Origin: Cuniculiplasma divulgatum
GTDB lineage: Archaea; Thermoplasmatota; Thermoplasmata; Thermoplasmatales; Thermoplasmataceae
DNA: 32,000 bases
Reading direction: 5' to 3'
Assembly (NCBI RefSeq): GCF_900083515.1
Contig: NZ_LT671858.1
Location: 60,001 to 92,000, forward strand
In this document: piece by piece, positions 25,160-32,000 of the stretch
Layout: each line of letters opens with the position of its first letter
Position numbering within the stretch: the stretch's first letter is position 1
Made by a program: the position numbers and the translations under genes
The notes under the pieces: model-generated
Told to the model about the DNA's origin: nothing
Databases searched by the model: none
Seen by the model: only the letters and a program-made list of their open reading frames with translations

Positions 25160-25300
25160 GCTATAAAGTATTATAGAGTTCCTTCAAGAACTTGCTCGCA
25201 TCCCTAACTCAGTCATTCTTTTGTTCTCCTTCGAAATGACTTCATTCGCTCTATTCATTCCTGGATTGATAGGTAAAAATTTATTATTATATATAAGTTA
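25160..25300 (-). pseudogene. decayed paralog of the small antitoxin-like gene at 27573..27749
   Basis: Hand alignment of the minus strand gives INPGMNRANEVISKEN vs IEALENEYVMDQLERSE, then after a frameshift and stop VRDASKFLKEL vs VRNVREFMKEL. The N-terminal ~25 codons are missing. Flanking non-coding sequence is also similar. Confidence 0.4.
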
Positions 25301-25579
25301 ATATAATAGAGTTTTTCACCATTCAGATTGGAGGTAGGCTTTGTTTTTGATCATGAAATAATCGCATACCAGAGTTCACGTCTCAAATCTATGTTCAGTA
25401 TTTCTGATCTGATCGTAAACGTAAATGTCATGTAAAAATTTTGTATTCCTTATTACCTGAAAAGAGCGTTCATAATTTGTTTTGTTACAATTAGATTAAG
25501 ATTAAAAACTGGAACGTGGTAATCTATTTATGGCATAAAATTATAAATGATATTATATTATATATTTAGGCATCAGATT

Positions 25580-27415
25580 ATGAAATTTGTACGCTTTAAT
25601 TTTGAAAACTTTAAAGGCATAAGGAAATTGACTTTTGAACTGAACCAATCCCCCTCTTCAAATGTATATACATTAGTTGGTTTAAACGAAAGTGGTAAGA
25701 CTACTATTTTGGAGGCGATAAGTAACTTTGACCCAAATCTAGAACGAGGACCAATTGAAAAACCTGAAAAAACTATAGATAATGACCCTAATGCTTTTTT
25801 ACCATTAAGTGAAAGAGCTAACTTTGGAAAAGCAATAACAATCGGTGCAGAGTTAGAATTTGAATCGGAAGACATTGAAGAGCTAAACAAATACTTGAAT
25901 ATAAACAAAAAATATTCCGAAATAAAGGACGTTACCAACACTATTTACAGAAGGTTTTATAACTTTGAGAATTCAAAGTTCAAGGACATAAATAGAACTT
26001 GGAGCCCTGGATTCAAGGTCAGTGAGAGAAATGACCCTAAAGGTACTGGAGTCAATCTCTATGAAAAGGACAAAAAAACATGGATAGAATTGGATAAGAT
26101 CTGTAACAAACGTATACCTGACATTGTATACTTCCCTAATTTCCTTTTTGACTTTCCTTCAAGAATATATCTTTCTATTGATATTTTATCAACTGATGAA
26201 AAAGAGGAGTTTTATAAGAAGCTTATTCAGGACATCTTGTATTCTTTAGATATTAACGTTACAATAGAAGAACATCTTATTAACAGAATAAAGAGTGACA
26301 ACGAAAACGACAAGAGCAACCTAAGAAGAATAATTCAGTTAATGGAAGATAAGGTCACTAACGTAATATTTGAATCATGGTATAAAATGTTTAAAAAGGA
26401 AGTCAAAGCATCTAGAATCAAGATCGAAAGTGGAGAGGACAGCATAAAGGGGGCATATCTTGAATTCTATATCGAATCTTCAGACGGAGTATACAATGTA
26501 AAGGACCGGTCTCTTGGATTCAGATGGTTTTTTACCTTCCTACTTTTTACGCAGTTTCGACCTTATAGGCCAGATTCAAAAAAAGGTTTGATTTTCCTAT
26601 TTGATGAACCAGCTTCTAATCTGCATTCTTCAGCACAAAATCAACTACTAAAACATTTTGAAAATTTTGGAAATAAAGTTACCATAATTTACACTACCCA
26701 CAGCCATTATATGATAAACCCAAACTGGCTCGAAAGTACTTATGTTGTCAAAAACGGAGGATTTAATGTAGAATCATCAGAAGATGATGTCCCAAATAGT
26801 ACTAACGTTACCGTTGAGCATTATAGAACATTTGTTTCTAAAAACCCTAAAGAAACTTCATATTTCCAGCCAGTCCTAGATATATTAGAATACGTTCCAA
26901 GCGAATTAGAAAAGATCCCAAGCTGCGTGTTTCTAGAGGGAAAGAATGATTTCTATACGCTAAAATATTTTAACGAGGTAATTCTTAATAACGAGGTAAA
27001 AATCAACCTTATGCCCGCTTTTGGCGCATCCACTATGGATGCTCTGATTAGTATGTATATGGGTTGGGGGAAGAAGTTTATTATACTACTTGATGGAGAC
27101 AAAGAAGGGAATGAACAAAAGCATAGGTATTTAAAAAAGTTTGGAAAGTTCGTATCATCTGTAATTTTTACTTTAAAAGATATCGATCAAAAATGGGAGA
27201 ACAAGTCTTTAGAAGACTTATTTCAATCTTCTGAAGCTCTTTCTTTTCAACAGATTGCAGCTTCCGATTCTATAGAATTTAAAAAGTCTCAGTTCAACTT
27301 GGCTATTCAAGAGTGTCTAATATTGAAAAGAAGATTTAATTGGCAACCAGAAACAGTTAGTAGAATAGAAAAAATTCTCAATTTCTTACACACTAAAATT
27401 CAAAATAATCCATAA
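25580..27415 (+). CDS. OLD-family / PARIS-like ABC-type ATPase fused to a C-terminal Toprim (DUF4435-like) domain
   Basis: N-terminal MKFVRFNFENFKGIRKLTFEL, Walker A GLNESGKTT, Walker B LIFLFDEPASNLH, and TTHSHY. The C-terminal part has CVFLEGKNDFY ... IILLDGDKEG (Toprim E and DxD). The ATG at 25580 is preferred over 25547. Confidence 0.75.
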   Translation: MKFVRFNFENFKGIRKLTFELNQSPSSNVYTLVGLNESGKTTILEAISNFDPNLERGPIEKPEKTIDNDPNAFLPLSERANFGKAITIGAELEFESEDIEELNKYLNINKKYSEIKDVTNTIYRRFYNFENSKFKDINRTWSPGFKVSERNDPKGTGVNLYEKDKKTWIELDKICNKRIPDIVYFPNFLFDFPSRIYLSIDILSTDEKEEFYKKLIQDILYSLDINVTIEEHLINRIKSDNENDKSNLRRIIQLMEDKVTNVIFESWYKMFKKEVKASRIKIESGEDSIKGAYLEFYIESSDGVYNVKDRSLGFRWFFTFLLFTQFRPYRPDSKKGLIFLFDEPASNLHSSAQNQLLKHFENFGNKVTIIYTTHSHYMINPNWLESTYVVKNGGFNVESSEDDVPNSTNVTVEHYRTFVSKNPKETSYFQPVLDILEYVPSELEKIPSCVFLEGKNDFYTLKYFNEVILNNEVKINLMPAFGASTMDALISMYMGWGKKFIILLDGDKEGNEQKHRYLKKFGKFVSSVIFTLKDIDQKWENKSLEDLFQSSEALSFQQIAASDSIEFKKSQFNLAIQECLILKRRFNWQPETVSRIEKILNFLHTKIQNNP

Positions 27416-27572
27416 TAATGAATCCTTTAATTATTTTAACGGCAAGCTAGCTACAGTAAATAATTCATTTCTAAATTCTGATGCTTCTATAGATCTGAAA
27501 TGAAATAAATGAAGAGCAGAAGAAAGTAACGCTCAGAGCAACCCTTCACAAAGATGAAGCAAAGAAATATTA

Positions 27573-27749
27573 CTAGAGTTCTTTCATAAACTCTCTAACG
27601 TTCCTTACTTTCCCATTTTGTATATCTTTCTCGCTCCTTTCAAGCTGATCCATTACATACTCATTTTCAAGAGCCTCGATGGTGGCATAAAGACTATCCA
27701 AATCTGACTTCGGTATGCTTACAAGCCTTGACTGTTTTGCTGTGGTCAT
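27573..27749 (-). CDS. small Phd/YefM-RelB-like antitoxin-type protein (58 aa), not in the ORF track (below its length cutoff)
   Basis: Hand translation of the minus strand gives MTTAKQSRLVSIPKSDLDSLYATIEALENEYVMDQLERSEKDIQNGKVRNVREFMKEL. The pattern (L..l..tlE.leD.e.m..l..s..di..G) resembles type II antitoxins. No intact toxin ORF follows. Confidence 0.45.
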   Translation of the reverse strand: MTTAKQSRLVSIPKSDLDSLYATIEALENEYVMDQLERSEKDIQNGKVRNVREFMKEL

Positions 27750-27783
27750 AATATAACTCTATATTCTTTCAGATTTTAATATC

Positions 27784-28166
27784 TTTTAGTATGATTTGGC
27801 TCAAATTCTCCATCCGACTTTTAGCAATCCTCTCTTTGAGCCTTCGCCAATTACCATTTGCATTTAGCTCGCCTGCAAGTCGAACATAATACTCCATGCT
27901 TAGTTCCCAATCAAAATTCATCCCTAACCCTCTCTCGATTTATGCCTCGCACTCATCTTGGAAAAGCTTTCATTCGCTATGTTCACTCAAGTTGAGGTCC
28001 TGTGCTGGCCATTTATGGTTTATGTGTGGTGTTCCGCACCACCCACCGCTAACGCTTACACCACTCGGTCTTGCTTCGCAAGACTTCCGGTTCGCTTCGG
28101 GCACATTATTCTCTCCTGCGGAGTGCAATTTAGGGGTGGGTATTAATGGGACTCTCGACCGCACGA
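27784..28166 (+). ncRNA. GC-rich hairpin-dense element, copy B (same family as 6291-6720)
   Basis: Collinear with copy A in the same orientation. The 90-nt core 28034-28123 differs from 6566-6655 at 4 positions. The stems ggctcaa/ttgagcc (27799-27805 / 27836-27842) and gtcttgc/gcaagac (28069-28075 / 28079-28085) are retained. A T6 run lies at 28187-28192. Confidence 0.5.
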
Positions 28167-28266
28167 TAAGGATCCAATCCACTATATTTTTTGGTTAATC
28201 CAAACTAAGAACTGTTAAGTATTATTTTAATACTACTCTCATATACTTATTTTATGAGATGAAATT

Positions 28267-28800
28267 ATGCGAAATAACAACCTAAGATATTATTCAATCA
28301 CCTACCTATTTCACCTAAACGGAGGCATTAGGGGTATTTTTTTCTCTAGAGGATCTTTGGATTTTTACATCTCACTCTTAATAGTTTCGATATTAACTTT
28401 GTTCCATAAACTTCATCCAATGAGCACAACAGAAGTAATATTCGTAATTGGCTTGGATGTTGCACTTCTGGGCCTAATTTTAGCAACATATGCAATAATT
28501 TACTCAATCCAAGACGAAAATTATCTATCTGCCTTAATAGCTTCTAGAAACTATCAATATCTATTATTTCAAACCTCCTGGTCCTCGTATTGGATCTTCC
28601 TATCTATCCCATTATTTGGTTTTATAGAGATGGTATATTATAATGTTACAATTCAAGCGTTAGCATTATTTGCAATAATATATGGGTTTCTTGGTACTTT
28701 CGTCCTTATAACTAAAGCTTTAAGAAAAATAGCAATAACTGCTGCCAGAAAAAGTGAGAAACTAATGAAGAGTTGGGAAGAAGCAGAGAAAAATAATTAA
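28267..28800 (+). CDS. hypothetical polytopic membrane protein
   Basis: About 4-5 hydrophobic helices and a charged C-terminal tail (KSEKLMKSWEEAEKNN). No family is recognised. The start is uncertain, with an internal ATG near 28417. Confidence 0.45.
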   Translation: MRNNNLRYYSITYLFHLNGGIRGIFFSRGSLDFYISLLIVSILTLFHKLHPMSTTEVIFVIGLDVALLGLILATYAIIYSIQDENYLSALIASRNYQYLLFQTSWSSYWIFLSIPLFGFIEMVYYNVTIQALALFAIIYGFLGTFVLITKALRKIAITAARKSEKLMKSWEEAEKNN

Positions 28801-29615
28801 ATCAATTCCTTAATTTTTTGAATTAGTTTTGACATTACACTCTCATCACGTTTTCCTTTCTCGTATTTTACCTTCTCCTTCTGCTTGTTCCTTCCTTTTG
28901 AAGAATTAAACTCTTGTTTCTCCCCCCCAATTTCTCCTTCTATTTTAACATTAAGTTTTTGCATTTCGGCAAGTTTTAGTCCTCCTTTTACAATGCTAGA
29001 TTCCTTATTTATACCCTCTCCTGAACTGTTTGAAAACTCAGTATTTTTACTGTTAGAATCTTTTATGATTTCTTCAAATCTTTGAATATTTCGATCTGGA
29101 TTGTCAGGATTGAGAATTATATTTGAAAACCTTATTAGTATTATTTTTTCTTGAGTTTCAATAAATTGATCCATCGCCTTACTATCTGTGACAAAATCTA
29201 TGTCTAATTTTTCTATTTTGATTTTTTCCTCACAAAATTTTAAAATTGCGTTCAGAACTTGTCTTTGTCCTAGTATTCTACCCTTTTGCTCGATCCAGAT
29301 ATTTTTATTGAAAACAACGAAATTTGAGTATCCTATGATTGGTGGATTGTTTGTTTGCTCCTGTGTTATACTATCATTATCTATATTAAAAGAGTCTACT
29401 TCTCTTTCTCTTTTAAACTTTACAATCTGACCAGAGACATATCTAATGTTTTTAAACGGATTATTTCTAAATTCGTGTATTGCATATTGATATTCCTCCT
29501 CTTCATTCAAAAGAATGACCCGCTTAAACGAATATGCATTCTCTAGAGAATCAAACAACGAATCCAGTTTCCTATCATTTCTTTCAATAGAGGTCCAGAT
29601 GGTTGATTCCTGCAT
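28797..29615 (-). CDS. hypothetical soluble protein with Lys/Glu-rich C-terminal tail
   Basis: Long ORF in a very AT-rich context. The ATG at 29615 (MQESTIW...) is preferred over the TTG at 29708. The C-terminal ~70 aa are low-complexity K/E/G-rich. Its stop codon overlaps the stop of the convergent 28267..28800 gene. Confidence 0.5.
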   Translation of the reverse strand: MQESTIWTSIERNDRKLDSLFDSLENAYSFKRVILLNEEEEYQYAIHEFRNNPFKNIRYVSGQIVKFKREREVDSFNIDNDSITQEQTNNPPIIGYSNFVVFNKNIWIEQKGRILGQRQVLNAILKFCEEKIKIEKLDIDFVTDSKAMDQFIETQEKIILIRFSNIILNPDNPDRNIQRFEEIIKDSNSKNTEFSNSSGEGINKESSIVKGGLKLAEMQKLNVKIEGEIGGEKQEFNSSKGRNKQKEKVKYEKGKRDESVMSKLIQKIKELI

Positions 29616-29984
29616 ATAGTTCACCCGAAGATAAAATTGATAGACGTAATTCAATATAACTCTTTCTACAAATAAGCCTACCTTTAGGTTTAAATTTATG
29701 TCTTTCAAATCATCCTTAAAAACGGGTTTAGTCCTTAATAACTAAGTATTCACTTAAAACTCGAACAAAATCCCTGTCTATCAATTCTAACTATAATAGA
29801 ACTCGTTTATTGAAGAAAGCTGATCCAGTCCGATTTCCTATTTTCCCTTATTCCTTGGAGTTGTGATAAGTTTTAGTGTTTTAAAGGGCAACAACCCTTC
29901 CTGTATTTCACTATATGCGTGAGTTATAAAGCACATTTAAAAATAACAAAACAATAAAATATCATTAATAGAATTACAATTTAC

Positions 29985-30851
29985 ATGAACAACACGATAT
30001 CGCGTCTGTTCGCGGTGGCACGTTATGAATTTACTTGGGACATCAGAAAGTACCGTACCATAGTGATGTTATTTGTTATTTTGCTGGCAACTATCGGTTA
30101 TGGTATTCTTCAGCCAATGCTTTTGCTTACTCCTGCTGAAAGATTAGCCCTGGGGAATAACTGGTGGATGAATGTGATTGGGCAGCACTTATTCACAGAA
30201 GTTGTTATTGGCGTTCTTCCACTGGTTGTGGGAGGTACTCTTGCTACCGATTCAATTTCACAAGAATTTGACAAAGGGTGGATAGTGCCCCTCCTGTCTC
30301 AACCAGTTTCTAAAGCTGAGATCTATATTGGCAAGGTTTTCGAAAAGGTATTTCTTTGCTGTATATTCTCTCTGGTTGTAATTACAGTAAGCCTTGTATC
30401 ATCATATGTTGTTGACAGCCCTGCATCCTATCTGAACCTTGTACCATATATTTTCCTGTCAGTAGTAGTCACTTTTTTTGGATTTTCTGCAATAGCCTTG
30501 CTGCTTAGTTCGGTGATCAAGAATTCAAGCGTTGTGTTTGGGTCGTTACTGGGATTGCTTGTTCTCCTTATAATAGTGTATTTCACAGTTGTTTTCTACT
30601 CGAACAGTTACACTCCGTGGATGAATGCTGTGCCAATGATCAACGAAAGCATGTTCCCCTCAGTCATTGGACAGTATCTGCTGAATCCCAACGGAAACCT
30701 TCCTTTTGCAGCCTCATCTTTTGGAGTCACAAAAACTGAGTCAATAAGTGCATTTAGCTTCTTTTCATCAAGCATCATATCAGTTCTTGTAGAAATTGGA
30801 CTGGTTCTTTCTGCAGGTTTCTATTTCTTTAGAAGGAAGGAGGTAGTTTAA
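29985..30851 (+). CDS. ABC-2-type transporter permease
   Basis: A 288-aa protein with about six hydrophobic helices, immediately followed (2-nt gap) by an ABC ATPase gene. Confidence 0.65.
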   Translation: MNNTISRLFAVARYEFTWDIRKYRTIVMLFVILLATIGYGILQPMLLLTPAERLALGNNWWMNVIGQHLFTEVVIGVLPLVVGGTLATDSISQEFDKGWIVPLLSQPVSKAEIYIGKVFEKVFLCCIFSLVVITVSLVSSYVVDSPASYLNLVPYIFLSVVVTFFGFSAIALLLSSVIKNSSVVFGSLLGLLVLLIIVYFTVVFYSNSYTPWMNAVPMINESMFPSVIGQYLLNPNGNLPFAASSFGVTKTESISAFSFFSSSIISVLVEIGLVLSAGFYFFRRKEVV

Positions 30852-30853
30852 AC

Positions 30854-31786
30854 ATGAACAACAACATAATTCTCCAACTAGATAGCATCAAAAAAGTGTA
30901 CAGGGGAGGATATGGTATTTTTGGCATTAACATGAACATCCACAGTGGAGGAATACACGGATTTCTTGGACAAAACGGAGCTGGAAAAACAACGACGATG
31001 AAATGCATCATGGGTCTGATCTCATATGATTCCGGCTCCATGAGAATGTTCGGAGAGGAATATAAACCTGGTAACTGGAAACTTAAGGCCAGAATAGGCT
31101 TTATGCCAGAAATTCTGGCATTTCCTCCCTATCTCACAGCACTGGAAGTTATGCTTACCTATGGCAGAATAAGGGGTGTAGAAAAGAGCGCCCTAAAATC
31201 CCAGGCAGAAGTTCTACTTGAAAAGGTTGGGCTCATAGAAGTGAAGAATAGGAAAGTCGGAACCTTCAGCAAAGGAATGACTTCCAGGCTGGGGATTGCC
31301 TTCTCAATGAATGGAAATCCAGATATATTGATACTTGATGAACCTACTTCTGGTCTCGATCCCGTGAGCAAGACTGCAATTCTAAAACTTTTCAAGGAGA
31401 TAGAAAATGAAGGTAAGACCATTGTGCTATCATCTCACCAGCTACAGGATGTCGAGAATCTCTGTGGTAGTGTAACAGTAATAAACAGGGGTCTAACTGT
31501 AGCAGAAGGCCCGACAGAAATGTTGCGCAAGAAAGAAGGAGCAACTTCATACAGGGTAGAATTTTCAAAGGTGGATACTAGACTTCTAAGTAGTTTGAGG
31601 TCTCTGGAAGGAGTCGCTTCTGTTAATGAAATTGAAGGAAAGAATATGGTTAGAGTAGTTGTGGCAGGAGAAAAAGATATCAGGGAAATGCTTGCAAAAG
31701 AGGCTGTGGCACTTGGAAATGCCATGCTATCTTGTGAGGAGGAAAAAAAGACCCTGGAGGAACTCTTCTTCCAGCTAATCAATTAG
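30854..31786 (+). CDS. ABC transporter ATP-binding protein
   Basis: Walker A GQNGAGKTTT, signature-like FSKGMTSRLGIA, Walker B ILILDEPTSGLD, and H-loop SSHQL. Confidence 0.85.
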   Translation: MNNNIILQLDSIKKVYRGGYGIFGINMNIHSGGIHGFLGQNGAGKTTTMKCIMGLISYDSGSMRMFGEEYKPGNWKLKARIGFMPEILAFPPYLTALEVMLTYGRIRGVEKSALKSQAEVLLEKVGLIEVKNRKVGTFSKGMTSRLGIAFSMNGNPDILILDEPTSGLDPVSKTAILKLFKEIENEGKTIVLSSHQLQDVENLCGSVTVINRGLTVAEGPTEMLRKKEGATSYRVEFSKVDTRLLSSLRSLEGVASVNEIEGKNMVRVVVAGEKDIREMLAKEAVALGNAMLSCEEEKKTLEELFFQLIN

Positions 31787-32000
31787 ATTAATGAGTGTAA
31801 TAAAAGAGAGGAGGATTTAAAATTATAAACCATTCAGGCAAGTGATGAAGAGGTGTCAGGAAAAGTTGAAAGTAATGTCATTAGAAATAGGAAACTGGAC
31901 GTTTCAATCTGCCTAAATAGGTTTTTGAGACTTCTTTATTTGCACTAATATAAATGCCACTTGTTGCAGTATCTCTGATCACACTCTATAGTGACACATT

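Noticed and set aside
6291-28166. The two GC-rich copies as the template/variable repeats of a diversity-generating retroelement, or as a MITE/IS
   Set aside because: - No reverse transcriptase or transposase gene is in the window.
- The mismatches between copies are not adenine-specific.
- I found no terminal inverted repeats or target-site duplications at the element ends.
27896-28198. ORFs 27896..28198 +, 27958..28146 + and 27970..28182 - in element copy B
   Set aside because: The reasoning is the same as for copy A. The shared peptide stretches exist in all three frames simply because the 90-nt core is nearly identical at the DNA level.
1-32000. CRISPR arrays, tRNA or rRNA genes, integrase/att-tRNA junctions
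   Set aside because: I saw no regularly spaced short direct repeats, no cloverleaf-compatible GC-rich ~75-nt segments with a GTTCRANNC T-loop, and no rRNA-like stretches. The absence rests on visual scanning only, so tRNAscan-SE, Infernal and a CRISPR finder should confirm it.

Overview
The window reads as a segment of an archaeal plasmid or integrated element. The Thermoplasmatales-like host is an inference from gene content, not a verified assignment. No rRNA, tRNA or CRISPR array was seen.

Layout, left to right:
- Replicon backbone (1-6251): the 3' part of a HerA/FtsK-type ATPase, ParA plus a small partner protein, a small serine recombinase, and an Orc1/Cdc6 initiator.
- Heavy-metal island (6882-17307):
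  - mer module: HxlR-type regulator, HMA protein, MerA, DUF302.
  - A cluster of two cupredoxin-like proteins, a membrane-anchored wHTH protein and SHOCT proteins.
  - cop module: Lrp-TRASH regulator, TRASH chaperone, CopA P-type ATPase, DUF4396-like membrane protein.
- A gene-free AT-rich gap of about 1 kb (17317-18287).
- A visibly AT-richer defense island (18288-27415): ComEC-like MBL-fold hydrolase, type III Mod/Res, and an OLD/PARIS-like ABC-ATPase-Toprim fusion.
- Two orphan genes and an ABC-2 transporter (28267-31786).

Most unusual observations:
1. Two diverged direct copies of a GC-rich, hairpin-dense element of about 0.4 kb (6291-6720 and 27784-28166). Stems are conserved, loops vary, and an indel breaks every reading frame. 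This is a candidate novel structured RNA or origin-type element. The two copies bracket the whole accessory cargo.
2. A DoxX-like gene cassette flanked by perfect 57-bp direct repeats that duplicate the 3' end of the ParA-partner gene.
3. Clustered GGTTAACC palindromes around the par genes.
4. The OLD/PARIS-like gene sits between an intact small antitoxin-like gene (below the ORF-track cutoff) and a decayed duplicate of it.
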